64,000 nucleotides of DNA, taken from positions 768,001-832,000 of the forward strand of contig OZ219747.1 in NCBI GenBank assembly GCA_964291265.2. The letters run 5' to 3'. The notes below the pieces were generated by a model. That model searched no databases and was not told where the DNA came from. It saw only the letters and a program-made list of their open reading frames with translations. The DNA comes from Alphaproteobacteria bacterium (GTDB lineage Bacteria > Pseudomonadota > Alphaproteobacteria > SP197). The translations under genes and the position numbers were made by a program. Position 1 is the stretch's first letter; every line of letters starts with the position of its first letter. Shown piece by piece: positions 1-9,516 of the stretch.

Positions 1-685
1 TTTTGAGCGCGGCGCTTTCTACACCGAGCCGGCCCTGCTCGCGCTCCAGCCAATATCCCAGTGCGCCAGCCGCCGTCGCGTTGCCGAGTGCGCGCGCGTG
101 GCGGACCAAGACGGCGGCGTCGACGCGCGCCACCAAATCAAGCGAATTGAAAAGCTCCTCCGCACCGCCTGCGAGATCATAGCGATCAAAGAGATCCGCG
201 ATTGTCCGTTCGATCGTCGTCACACGGACATCGAGTCCCATGCGGTCAACGACCGTAACGCCATCAGCCAGGCTTCCATTCTTGTGGGTCAAGCCCCTCG
301 GCGGCTTCACGAACCGGCACGAGAAATCTGCGGTCTCGACGACGCCCGGCCCGCCGGGTGCGATGACCTGCACCTCATGGCCTTCCGTATAGGCGCAGCC
401 GTGAAGCTCAAGGGCCGAGTGATAGGCGATGACGCCGCCGCGCCGCAGGCGGGACGCCGCCAGGAAGCGGTCGACCGACCATGTGGCGGAATTGGCATGC
501 TTGGGGACGGAGGCGAAGACGCCCCGCGCGATGCGCTTGATATTGCCGGCCTGAAGGTGCTGGGCGAGCATCGCCGTGACCACCTTGTCATCGGAGCGAC
601 GGCCGACCGCGGCAGCATACTCGGCCCGGTTGAAGACCGGCCTGGCGCTGAATAACGGGGCTGAAACGAGCCTGGACATGATCAT
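1..685 (-). CDS. Type IV toxin-antitoxin AbiEi-family antitoxin / transcriptional regulator (runs off left edge)
   Basis: Not in ORF track. Manual minus-strand translation from ATG 685: MIMSRLVSAPLFSARPVFNRAEY...IKRIARGVF...VIAYHSALELHG...RVTTIERTIADL, typical AbiEi motifs (RxxRGxY/F, SALxLHG, TxxERTxxD). Confidence 0.75.
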   Translation of the reverse strand, partial: MIMSRLVSAPLFSARPVFNRAEYAAAVGRRSDDKVVTAMLAQHLQAGNIKRIARGVFASVPKHANSATWSVDRFLAASRLRRGGVIAYHSALELHGCAYTEGHEVQVIAPGGPGVVETADFSCRFVKPPRGLTHKNGSLADGVTVVDRMGLDVRVTTIERTIADLFDRYDLAGGAEELFNSLDLVARVDAAVLVRHARALGNATAAGALGYWLEREQGRLGVESAALK

Positions 686-820
686 GCTTCAATGGAATTG
701 GTGAAGGCAATATATCACATATGGTTCCACCACCAGTGGACCCAAGTTTGACGAGAGATTCTACACAACACTGTTCCATAGGGGATCAGGGGGATGCAAA
801 GCCCTCCAGGCACTGCGTTT

Positions 821-945
821 GCAAGCGTTCGGTCACGCAGTGGACAGGGACACGGTGGAACAGAGCGCATGCGTGCGAGATCCGGGACGGTGCGTGGGTG
901 CCACCGTCACCCTCATCATCGTCACCCTTGTGACCGAGCGCTTAC
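821..945. mobile_element. MITE-like element with IS66-type termini
   Basis: Inverted ends GCAAGCGTTCGGTCAC (821-836) and GTGACCGAGCGCTTAC (930-945), 14/16 match; GTAAGCG is the typical IS66 end; no target duplication visible. Confidence 0.55.
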
Positions 946-1183
946 ATGCCCGGTCCCTGCCACGTCGGCACCCCAGACCCGACAACACGATGGGCCTTGC
1001 ACGGATTTGCGGTGTTGACACTTGCCAGCTGCGCGAGGTACGGTGTGGCTGAGTAGGGTTCCTGCGTGGCAGGGAGATCGAGGTCGGCATGAAGGCGTCA
1101 GGCGCCATTGCGATTGAGGATCGGTCTCGTTCATCCGGACGGGACAGGACTACTTCGCACATGCGAGCCGACGTCGTACCCCT

Positions 1184-1196
1184 CCCCCCCCCCCCC
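1184..1196. repeat. Poly-C homopolymer tract (13 C)
   Basis: Direct count; about 320 bp upstream of the RTX gene. Confidence 0.85.
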
Positions 1197-1518
1197 GAAA
1201 TCCAGGCGCGAGGTTGGGCCGCCGGCCCTCTTGAGAGACCCGCTCCTAAGCAGCGCCTTCCTCGCCCGTGCGCCCTCTCGGGGGAACATCGGCGCAGGCA
1301 GATGAACACGACGCCGGGTCGTGCGCGAGAGCGCGGGCGCCGTGGCGGCGGCGCGACCACATCGAGACCGGGCCGAATGACTCCTGCCACGACCTCCCCG
1401 AGGCCGTGGCTCCATTCCTTGTCCTCTGTGCCCCATCGCCCCGCCGTGCGCCCGTTCCGGCGACCGTCGGTCGATAGGCGCCGCGGATGGGCATGTTCCA
1501 CCTGAAGGAGACGAAACG

Positions 1519-2823
1519 ATGGCACTGTTATGGGGTACCTCCTTGGCCGAAACGCTTACAGGCGGGTCGGGAGCAGACGAGATCTGGGGCTGGGGCGGCG
1601 ACGACATCCTGAGAGGCGGCGGCGGCAACGACGAGCTCTACGGTGGCGACGGCGACGACACGCTGGAAGGCGGCGACGGCAACGACGATCTCTACGGCGA
1701 GGCCGGCGGCGACACGCTGAAGGGCGGCGCCGGCAATGACCTCATGTACGGCGACGAAGGCGACGACACGCTGGAAGGCGAAGCCGGCAATGACACGATG
1801 TTCGGCGGCGCCGGCGACGACACGATGTCAGGCGGCGCCGGCAACGACATCTTGGCTGGCCGTGAAGGCGACGACACGCTGAAAGGCGGCGCCGGCGTTG
1901 ACTACGTGCACGGCGAAGCCGGCAACGACACGGTGGAGGGCGGCGCCGGCAACGACTTCCTGACGGGCGGTGCCGGTAACGACACGTTCGTCTTCAACTC
2001 CGGCGACGGCGACGACACCATTTGTTGTGGTTTCGAGAAGGGTAAGGACAAGATCAAGTTCGTCGGCGTGAGCGGCGCGACCCAATTCAGTGATCTGGCG
2101 ACCCCCACTGCATCCAATGTTCTCAACGATGATAACGAAAAGATCGGCACCAAGTTCGTTGTGGCCTACGGCAGCGGCGCCAACGCGGGCACGATCACGT
2201 TAACGGTAGCCGGCTCGGGGACGGTAACCCTCGAAGCGACCGACTTCGAATTTGACACCACGGGTTTGCAGAGATTCGGCAATCCACACAAGGCGCAGAC
2301 GCTGACGGGCAGCGACGGCAACGACAAGCTCCGCGGCGGCGCGGGCGAAGACAAGCTGACGGGCGGCGCGGGCGACGACACGCTCCGCGGCGGCGCCGGC
2401 GACGACACGCTGTCGGGGGGCGACGGCGACGACAAGCTCCGCGGCGGTGCGGGCCACGACACGCTGACGGGCGGCGCGGGCGACGACACGCTCCGCGGCG
2501 GCGCGGGCCACGACACGCTGTCGGGGGGCGACGGCGACGACACACTCCGTGGCGGCGCGGGTGACGACACGCTGTCGGGGGGCGACGGCGACGACACCTT
2601 CGTCTATCGCGGCCAGGTGGGTAACGACACCATTGCAGACTTCGAGGCGGGGGACATCATCCGGCTGAAGTCCATTGACGGAGTGGACGCGTTCTCTGAT
2701 CTCGCCATTGATCATCTGACGATCGGGGCGGGAGACGGGTTCACGATCGCCTTCGGCGACGATGTGCTCACCATCATGACCGACCTGGACACGCTGACGG
2801 CCGAGCACTTCGACTTCGCCTGA
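1519..2823 (+). CDS. RTX / hemolysin-type calcium-binding repeat protein
   Basis: Many GGxGxDxL nonapeptides in two blocks, each followed by an FV(F/Y)...G.DTI..FE.G module; RBS AAGGAG upstream. Confidence 0.9.
   Translation: MALLWGTSLAETLTGGSGADEIWGWGGDDILRGGGGNDELYGGDGDDTLEGGDGNDDLYGEAGGDTLKGGAGNDLMYGDEGDDTLEGEAGNDTMFGGAGDDTMSGGAGNDILAGREGDDTLKGGAGVDYVHGEAGNDTVEGGAGNDFLTGGAGNDTFVFNSGDGDDTICCGFEKGKDKIKFVGVSGATQFSDLATPTASNVLNDDNEKIGTKFVVAYGSGANAGTITLTVAGSGTVTLEATDFEFDTTGLQRFGNPHKAQTLTGSDGNDKLRGGAGEDKLTGGAGDDTLRGGAGDDTLSGGDGDDKLRGGAGHDTLTGGAGDDTLRGGAGHDTLSGGDGDDTLRGGAGDDTLSGGDGDDTFVYRGQVGNDTIADFEAGDIIRLKSIDGVDAFSDLAIDHLTIGAGDGFTIAFGDDVLTIMTDLDTLTAEHFDFA
2305..2600 (+). repeat. Near-identical 27-bp (paired 54-bp) coding tandem repeats in RTX block 2
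   Basis: Units such as ggcgacgacacgctccgcggcggcgcg alternating with ...acgctgtcggggggcgac. Confidence 0.85.
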
Positions 2824-2911
2824 TGCGTTGCGCTGCCTCCGCAGGGGTTGCGGTGTTCGGCCCGGCATCCGGAGAGGCCGTCGGCAGTGCCGCCCCGCGG
2901 GTGGCGTCCAA

Positions 2912-3052
2912 GAGTTTGTTCCTTACGTCGTCGCGATGCCTGTATTTCTCTTGGGTGGCCTCAGCCCAAGCCATGGTACCCACCACATGTGGTGTTGTGT
3001 GCCTAACGAAATGCCATGATTCGTGATCATACGCGACTTAAGCAACAAACTC
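2912..3052 (-). mobile_element. Internally deleted IS5-like MITE
   Basis: Inverted ends GAGTTTGTTCCTTACGTCG (2912-2930) and CGACTTAAGCAACAAACTC (3034-3052), 17/19; interior encodes MAWAEATQEKYR, resembling an IS5-family transposase N-terminus. Confidence 0.6.
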
Positions 3053-3483
3053 CAGGGTCGCCGCCCCTGTGCACCGTCGACCGCAGTCTGATCACCGGTT
3101 GAAGCATCCCTGAGGATGGTCGCGCGCCATCCCCCTCAGACATGCACATGTTCGTGGTCGGTCTCGCCCGTGGTGCCGGCTTCCGGCCCCGCGACATGTG
3201 TAGACCGCTTCCGGGAACCGGCGAGCGTTGAGGACCGGAGACGGCGTGAACAGGACTCTTCCATTGTCGTCCCGGCGGTCGGCACATGCTGAACCTGGGG
3301 TGACGGTCGAGCTCGACCCGTGGCGCATGTTGAGCACCGCTCCGGGACCGCCTGGTGGAGGAGCGTCACGACCTGAAATGACACGGCGTCATCGCAAGGG
3401 GTTGAGCGCCATGTCGCCCTGGCGGGCGAGACCCAAGGTTGTGCGCTGGTCGGCCCGGCAACCGGGCCGAGTTCAGGCTTGCC

Positions 3484-5899
3484 CTGCCATGTCATGAAAA
3501 TTAGGTCTGGACGTGCCACTCGGTCTGCGCTAGCTTGCCGCCATGATGGCACGATCCAGCATTCTCCACACTCTGCGCGAGGACGGGGCCCGGGCGCGCG
3601 TTGCTGCCATCCTGTCGCGGGAGCAGCACTCTGGCCGTCGGGCTGCGAGCCGCCGGGTATGCGAGGAGTTTTCGTTCCGGGACGCGGCCGGGCGTTGGCA
3701 GCTGTCGAGTTGTCTGAAGGCCCTGACCACGTTGGCATTGTCGTATCCGGAGATCCGACTTCCGGCGGCGCAGGCTGCTGCCGTGGACAACTCTCCGCGT
3801 CTTCTTGACGGAGAAGTGCCGCTGCCGGTCGGGGTGCCGTCCCGTCTGTCCGGGATTGCGCAGGTGCAACTGTCGGTGGTGACCGAGGTTTCGGAGCGAA
3901 CGGTATGGAACACGTTGATGGCGCGCGAGCATCCTCATGGCATGACGACGTTTGCCGGCTGTCAGGTGCGCTATCTTGTGACGTCGGAGCACGGGATCCT
4001 GGGTGCGGTCGGGATCTCGGCGGCGGCGTTGACGGGCGAGGCCCGCGATCGCTGGATGGCATGGACGCCGTCCCAGCGGCGGGATCATCTCCAGCGGGTG
4101 GTCTGTCTGAGTCGGTTTCTGCTTCGGGTGCGGTGCCGGCACCTGGCGAGCCATGTTCTGGGGCGACTTCTCCGGCGCCTACCGAGGGATTTCGAGGCCC
4201 GGTATGGGTTCCGTCCCCTGGTGGTGGAAACCTATGCGGACGAGGGCTATGCCGGGACCTGCCTGCGGGCTGCGAACTTCGTGTGTGCGGGGCGGACGAA
4301 GGGTCGGGGTCGTCAGGATCGTCACCATCGCGCTGCCAAGACCGTCAAGACGGTCTGGATGCGCGGTCTGGATCGGCGCTGGCGACGCAAGCTGGGAGTG
4401 GGTCCGGTCGACCCTGCCTGGTCGCTGGGACCCGGAGACGGTCTGGATGGTGCGGTGTGGGCGGCGAACGAATTCGGAGGGGCTCCCTTGGGTGACAAGC
4501 GACTGTCGGCACGCCTGGTGAAGAGTGCGGCTCTTCTGGCCTCCTGTCCCGGTTCCAAGATTCACGCGAGCACGGATGCCGACAACACGGCGATCAGTGC
4601 TTTCTACCGCCTGATCGAGAAGCCGGTGGAGAGTGCGGTGACGGTGGCGAACATTCTTGCTCCGCATCGGGAGCGCACGATCCGGCGCATCCAGGGTCAA
4701 ACGACCGTGCTGGCGATTCAGGACGGGAGCGACCTCAATTTCTCCCGGCGGCCGGGATGCGAAGGTCTTCAGGTCATCGGCAAGAACCAGACCTCCTCGT
4801 CGGCCCGGGGTTTGCACCTGCATGCGACGCTGGCGGTGAGCGAGACGGGGTTGCCGCTCGGGGTTCTGCGTCTGGGGTTCGATGCGGTGAAGCAGCGCTC
4901 CCCGGCGGCCGAGGAGCGGTTGAAGAGCCGACGCTGGATGGAAGGCTTCAAGGACATCGACGAAGCGGTTCGCGACATCGCAAGCACGACGCGCGTGATC
5001 TCGGTCTGTGATCGGGAAGCGGACTTCTTCGAGCTGTTCGATCATCAACGTCTCAACCCACGGGTCGGGCTTCTGGTCCGAGCCCGACATGACCGGGTTC
5101 TCGGCAAGGGGCGCGCAAAGCTGTTTGCAACCTTGAGCGCAGGCTCGCCCGACGGCGGCATCACCGTCGAGGTCGACGGCCTGAGCGAGCGTCCGAAGGC
5201 GAGCCGAACGAAGGCGCGTGCGGCCCGACGCAAACGCGTGGCTCAGTGCGCACTGCGGTTCCGCCGCGTGACCTTGCCCTCCACCCTCGAAGGCCGGGCG
5301 CCGCTCGCCCTTTCCGGTGTCCACATCATCGAAACCGATCCTCCCGAAGGCGAGAACCCGGTGCAGTGGTTCCTGCTCACCACGCTCAAGGTGCGCAGCG
5401 CCGAGGACGCCGCCAGGATGGTTGGCTTCTACCTCCAGAGGTGGAAGGTCGAAGACTTCTTCCGCGTCCTCAAGTCAGGCTGCCGCACCGAGTTCCTGCT
5501 GTTCCGGACCGCAGAACGACTGCAGCGGGCCATCGCCATCAACGCCGTCATCGCCTGGCGCATCATGGTCATGACCCTGCTCGGACGGCAGGTTCCCGAC
5601 TGTGAGCCCGAGCTGATGTTCACCGATCAAGAGCTGAGCTTCCTGCGCGACTACGCCGCCGAGAAGCGCATGACGCCGCCCGACCGCCTCGGGGATGCCG
5701 TCCGCCTGGTGGCCCATCTCGGCGGGTACCAGGATCGCAAGCATGATCCCGAGCCCGGACACCAGATCATGTGGCACGGCGCGACCCGCCTGACCAGCGC
5801 CGTTCTTGGCCATCAAGTCGGCTTCCGGGCCGGACAGCGGCAACCCTTGCAACACATTCAGACCCTTGACGTCACGTCGTAATTGTCATTACTCGGCAG
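3484..5899 (+). mobile_element. IS4-family (IS50/Tn5-like) insertion sequence, apparently complete
   Basis: TIRs CTGCCATGTCATGAAAATTA (3484) and TAATTGTCATTACTCGGCAG (ends 5899), 16/20; flanking 8-bp repeat GGCTTGCC/TGCTTGCC (7/8). Confidence 0.85.
3543..5882 (+). CDS. IS4-family transposase with N-terminal DUF4338 (DruA-like) domain
   Basis: C-half: WAANEFGGAPLGDKRLSARL, IQDGSDL, CDREADF, YLQRWKVEDFFRVLKSGC (Tn5-like DDE/YREK). N-half: RDRWMAWT, LASHVL, YGFRPLVVETY, GTCLRAANF, TKGRGRQD (DUF4338-like). Confidence 0.88.
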   Translation: MMARSSILHTLREDGARARVAAILSREQHSGRRAASRRVCEEFSFRDAAGRWQLSSCLKALTTLALSYPEIRLPAAQAAAVDNSPRLLDGEVPLPVGVPSRLSGIAQVQLSVVTEVSERTVWNTLMAREHPHGMTTFAGCQVRYLVTSEHGILGAVGISAAALTGEARDRWMAWTPSQRRDHLQRVVCLSRFLLRVRCRHLASHVLGRLLRRLPRDFEARYGFRPLVVETYADEGYAGTCLRAANFVCAGRTKGRGRQDRHHRAAKTVKTVWMRGLDRRWRRKLGVGPVDPAWSLGPGDGLDGAVWAANEFGGAPLGDKRLSARLVKSAALLASCPGSKIHASTDADNTAISAFYRLIEKPVESAVTVANILAPHRERTIRRIQGQTTVLAIQDGSDLNFSRRPGCEGLQVIGKNQTSSSARGLHLHATLAVSETGLPLGVLRLGFDAVKQRSPAAEERLKSRRWMEGFKDIDEAVRDIASTTRVISVCDREADFFELFDHQRLNPRVGLLVRARHDRVLGKGRAKLFATLSAGSPDGGITVEVDGLSERPKASRTKARAARRKRVAQCALRFRRVTLPSTLEGRAPLALSGVHIIETDPPEGENPVQWFLLTTLKVRSAEDAARMVGFYLQRWKVEDFFRVLKSGCRTEFLLFRTAERLQRAIAINAVIAWRIMVMTLLGRQVPDCEPELMFTDQELSFLRDYAAEKRMTPPDRLGDAVRLVAHLGGYQDRKHDPEPGHQIMWHGATRLTSAVLGHQVGFRAGQRQPLQHIQTLDVTS

Positions 5900-6514
5900 T
5901 GCTTGCCGCCCGTGCGTGACCGCTGAATCGGCTGGTTGAGCTCAAGCAGCAGTTCCGGCGCCCGCGTCCGATGGCGAAGCAATCCCGGTTCGTCCTTCCC
6001 GGCGCAAGGAGGATGCCGACCTCGGCGACTGTCCGCTCAACATCGAGGCCGTGCACGGATATCCGGTCCTTCTCGGCGGACATTCGCCGATGTTGCGTGC
6101 TTCTCCGGGACTTGACGCTTGAGGCTTCGGCCGCGCGCTCACCGCGCTTGCATCGCCAGGGCCAGTCCGGGGAGTTCGTCATGGAGGACCTGACCGACGA
6201 TCCTTGCCGTGGCGCCGAACCGGAACGCGATCCCGGAGAGCCGGGCCGATGGCCACATCCGGGCTGACGCAGTCTGTTCGCCTGACCGAGGCGCCCGAGC
6301 GCCGCACCGCCGACAGACGCTGGCGCCGTGGTGGCCGGTGTCCGTCGGCGCCTCGCAGGATCAGCGGCCCGCCGCCGCACCCTGGTTCAGCTCGATCAGC
6401 CGGATGTTGTCCCCGTCTCCTCGACGCATCGCACGGGCGCCACCCCGACCAAGCTCGACACGCGCTTGGTTCGCCGCCTCAGCGCCAGGCTGCCATGGCG
6501 GGTACCCTTGTCCC

Positions 6515-7699
6515 TCAGGGCGGGTCGAGCGGCACCAGGTCGAGGATGTTGGCCTGGAAGAACGTCAGGGAGGTTTCGCCATGATCGGCCAGCTCGCCTG
6601 TCTTCATCATCGGTGAACGCAGGGCCTTCTGCTGTTGTTCGACGACCCACATGTCCTCGATCTGGAAGTCGAGGGCCTCCATCGCGTGACAGCCCAGTTC
6701 ATCGAGGGAGATATAGCGCCGGCCATCCTTCATGATGTGGCCATGACCGCTGGTGGCGCTTCTGCGCCCCTCCTTCTCCGGCTCCCCGTCCTTCTCCCGG
6801 GACGCCATCCAGGTGCGCAGGTCGAGGTAACAACGTTCCGGGCCGACCGGAACGATCACGTAGGCCGAAAAGAATATGGAGGTGGCCAGGACCCCGGAAT
6901 TGGGAAAGAACTGCCACACCACCGGGCGCCGTCCCGACATCGAGGTTCCCGGTATGGCGGCATGGTGCGAATTCTCCCGGGACGGATTTTCGCCGAAGCC
7001 AATGAAGACCCAGTGACGATGAACCGCGTCCCAGTCCTGATCCTCCACGTCGGGACCCATGAGAGTCCTGTCGTGGAGATAGCTCAGGTGATAGCCATCC
7101 ATCGCGTTCTCGCAGAACACCTTCCAGTTGCAGTGGATGTCGTAGCGTATCGGGCGTTTCTCGGACAGTCCTTCCAGTGAGTGGGGCCACATGTGGGTCC
7201 TGGGCATGGAGCCGATCCAGGTATCGAAGTCCTCGTCGGGCCGGGCCAGCGGATTGACAAACACGAGGTCACCGATGATCCCGACGCTGCCGGAGTGCAG
7301 GGGCCAGTCCGCCAGGTTCATGCCGGAAAAGCAGAGGTCCTTCTTCGGCAGTCCACGCAGACTTCCGTCATCGATGTTGTAGGTCCAGGCGTGATAGGGG
7401 CAGACGATGCCGTGGCGGCAGTTGCCCGCCCCCTCCTCGAAGATCTGTGTTCCCCGGTGTCGGCACGTGTTGTGGTAGGTGCGCAGGGAACCACCCCTCG
7501 TGCGCACTACGATCATGGGATAGCGGTTGATCTGAACCGCCTTGTAGTCCCCGGCATGCGGCACGTCCTGAACCGTGCAGGCGAAGGTCCAGGACCGGCT
7601 GAACAGCTCCTCGTGTTCCCGTTCGAACCAGGTGCTGGAATGGTAGCACTGCTTCGGCAGCAACTGCCGGGCTTCGCTCGGTTTCAGGGGAACGGTCAT
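6515..7699 (-). CDS. Rieske aromatic ring-hydroxylating oxygenase alpha subunit (choline monooxygenase/CntA-like)
   Basis: CRHRG...CPYHAW Rieske motif; NWKVFCENAMDGYHLSYLH mononuclear Fe site; start inferred from AGGGAG. Confidence 0.9.
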   Translation of the reverse strand: MTVPLKPSEARQLLPKQCYHSSTWFEREHEELFSRSWTFACTVQDVPHAGDYKAVQINRYPMIVVRTRGGSLRTYHNTCRHRGTQIFEEGAGNCRHGIVCPYHAWTYNIDDGSLRGLPKKDLCFSGMNLADWPLHSGSVGIIGDLVFVNPLARPDEDFDTWIGSMPRTHMWPHSLEGLSEKRPIRYDIHCNWKVFCENAMDGYHLSYLHDRTLMGPDVEDQDWDAVHRHWVFIGFGENPSRENSHHAAIPGTSMSGRRPVVWQFFPNSGVLATSIFFSAYVIVPVGPERCYLDLRTWMASREKDGEPEKEGRRSATSGHGHIMKDGRRYISLDELGCHAMEALDFQIEDMWVVEQQQKALRSPMMKTGELADHGETSLTFFQANILDLVPLDPP

Positions 7700-7754
7700 G
7701 TCCTGCATCTCCCTTGCTGGTGGCCTGCGGTGCGCGATCCGCCAAGGCCTGCCT

Positions 7755-9515
7755 TCACTCGATCGATGGCCGCGACCCCGAAGTCCCCTCCTCGGGGCGC
7801 TCGACACGCACGGTCAGGACGTCGGCGTTGGTGAAGCTCTGGTGGTGGACCGACGAGGTGTAGTGCCGCAGCAGCCTGAGCGACAGCTCCCTTTCGATCA
7901 TGGTCCGGTCAGGCTGCTCGCCGAGCACCATGATCTGGTCCTCGATGTTGCCCTCGCTTCCCGACGTGACGAATTCAAGCTCGATGGAGGAGCCCTCGCC
8001 GCGCGCCTTGACCACAAGACGCCTGGCCTCGCTGCCATCGTCGGCTGCGATCAGTGTCGCAGCCATCTCGTCGCCGACAAGGATGAGGCGATCTGTCTGG
8101 ACCTCCGTCCAGCCGTGTGCCGCGGCGGTCTTCTTGAGGAAGCCGGAAATCTCCTGGAGCGTACCGGTTTCCAGTGTCGTCTTCAGGACCGCGCTCCTCG
8201 GCGACATCAGGTTGAGACAGACCGTCAGCACGACGGCCGTGACACCGCCTGCCGTCATGCCGTTGCCGACGAGACTGCCCACCCAGGGGCCCAGCAGGTC
8301 CGGAAAGATGGCGCCGTGCTGAAAACCGGCACCGATCCAGAAGGCCGTGCCGACCATCAGGCTCTTGCGATAGTCCATGCCGTCGCCGATCACGAGGCGC
8401 ATGCCGGCGACAAAGAGGAGGCCGAGAAGGACAACCAGGTAGGCGGCCGCCACCGCCGCCGGAATCGCCAGCACGAGAGCCGCGAACTTCGGCACGAAGG
8501 CGGCGGCGAGGAGAACCAGGCCGACACAGACCCCGACCCTTCGTGAAGCGATACCGGTCAGTTCGACGACCGCAATGCTCGTCGAATAGGTCGTGTTGGG
8601 AATCGTCCCGGCGAGTCCCGAAAGAAAGTTCCCCACACCGTCGGCCGAAACCGCGCCCTGAACCACCCTGTAGTCGATGGCTCGACGGTTCTTCCACGAA
8701 ACCGACTGGATGGCCACGGCATCGCCCACGGTCTCGATGGCCCCGACGTAGGTCACGAATATGAAGGCCGGCAGCAAGATCCAGAATGTCGGTCCAAAAT
8801 CGAGATCGAACCCCGGCCAGCCACCGTCCGGAATGCCGATCCAGCCGGCCGCGGCAACCCGGGACGTGTCGTAGAGACCGAACCACGCAGCGGCGAGACA
8901 ACCGATGACAATGCCGATGATGGGCGCCCACAGGCGCAGGGTGGACCGCGAGCCAAAGGCTATCGCAAGGATGACGACGAGCGTCGTGCCGGCAACGAGC
9001 GGGGACGCGTGTGGCTCCGCGCCGTCGGGAACATTCGCCAGCATGTCGAACACGATGGGCATGACGGTCACCGGAATCATCATGATGACGGTCCCGGTCA
9101 CAGCCGGTGTCAGGATTCGCCGCAGGATCGACAGACGCCTAGCCAGCGTGAACTGGACCAGGGATGACAGAAAGACGAGTGTCGCCAGCATGCCCGGTCC
9201 GCCTTCGGCCAGAGCGGTGACACACACGGCGATGAAGGCGCCGGACGTCCCCATGATGAGAATGTAGCCAGCGCCGAACGGCCCGATCCTGCGGGCCTGG
9301 AGAATGGTCGTCAGACCGCTCACGACGAGGGCGGCAAAGGCAGCCCAGACAAGAAAGACCTCGCTGCCCCCTCCAGCCCTGACCACGATTGCCGGCGTCA
9401 GGACGATGCCGGTGACCACGAGGATCGCGAACTGGGTTCCAAGGCCGATGGTCAGAAGGAGCGGAGGCCTGTCATCGGGCTCGTAACGAACCTGGGTGTC
9501 ACGGGTTTTGCCCAT
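7755..9515 (-). CDS. NCS2 (xanthine/uracil) family permease with C-terminal soluble extension
   Basis: RYEPDDRPP, MGTSGAF, ETVGD, GAVSADG, PNTTYS motifs; about 140-aa hydrophilic tail. Confidence 0.85.
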   Translation of the reverse strand: MGKTRDTQVRYEPDDRPPLLLTIGLGTQFAILVVTGIVLTPAIVVRAGGGSEVFLVWAAFAALVVSGLTTILQARRIGPFGAGYILIMGTSGAFIAVCVTALAEGGPGMLATLVFLSSLVQFTLARRLSILRRILTPAVTGTVIMMIPVTVMPIVFDMLANVPDGAEPHASPLVAGTTLVVILAIAFGSRSTLRLWAPIIGIVIGCLAAAWFGLYDTSRVAAAGWIGIPDGGWPGFDLDFGPTFWILLPAFIFVTYVGAIETVGDAVAIQSVSWKNRRAIDYRVVQGAVSADGVGNFLSGLAGTIPNTTYSTSIAVVELTGIASRRVGVCVGLVLLAAAFVPKFAALVLAIPAAVAAAYLVVLLGLLFVAGMRLVIGDGMDYRKSLMVGTAFWIGAGFQHGAIFPDLLGPWVGSLVGNGMTAGGVTAVVLTVCLNLMSPRSAVLKTTLETGTLQEISGFLKKTAAAHGWTEVQTDRLILVGDEMAATLIAADDGSEARRLVVKARGEGSSIELEFVTSGSEGNIEDQIMVLGEQPDRTMIERELSLRLLRHYTSSVHHQSFTNADVLTVRVERPEEGTSGSRPSIE

Positions 9516-9516
9516 G

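Noticed and set aside
98-655. 185-aa plus-strand ORF
   Set aside because: Antisense shadow of the AbiEi-like gene
1590-2600. Regular short repeats suggestive of a CRISPR array
   Set aside because: In-frame 27-bp RTX coding repeats with no unique spacers; no cas genes
5900-6510. Short ORFs right of the IS4 element
   Set aside because: No recognisable motifs; probably decayed sequence
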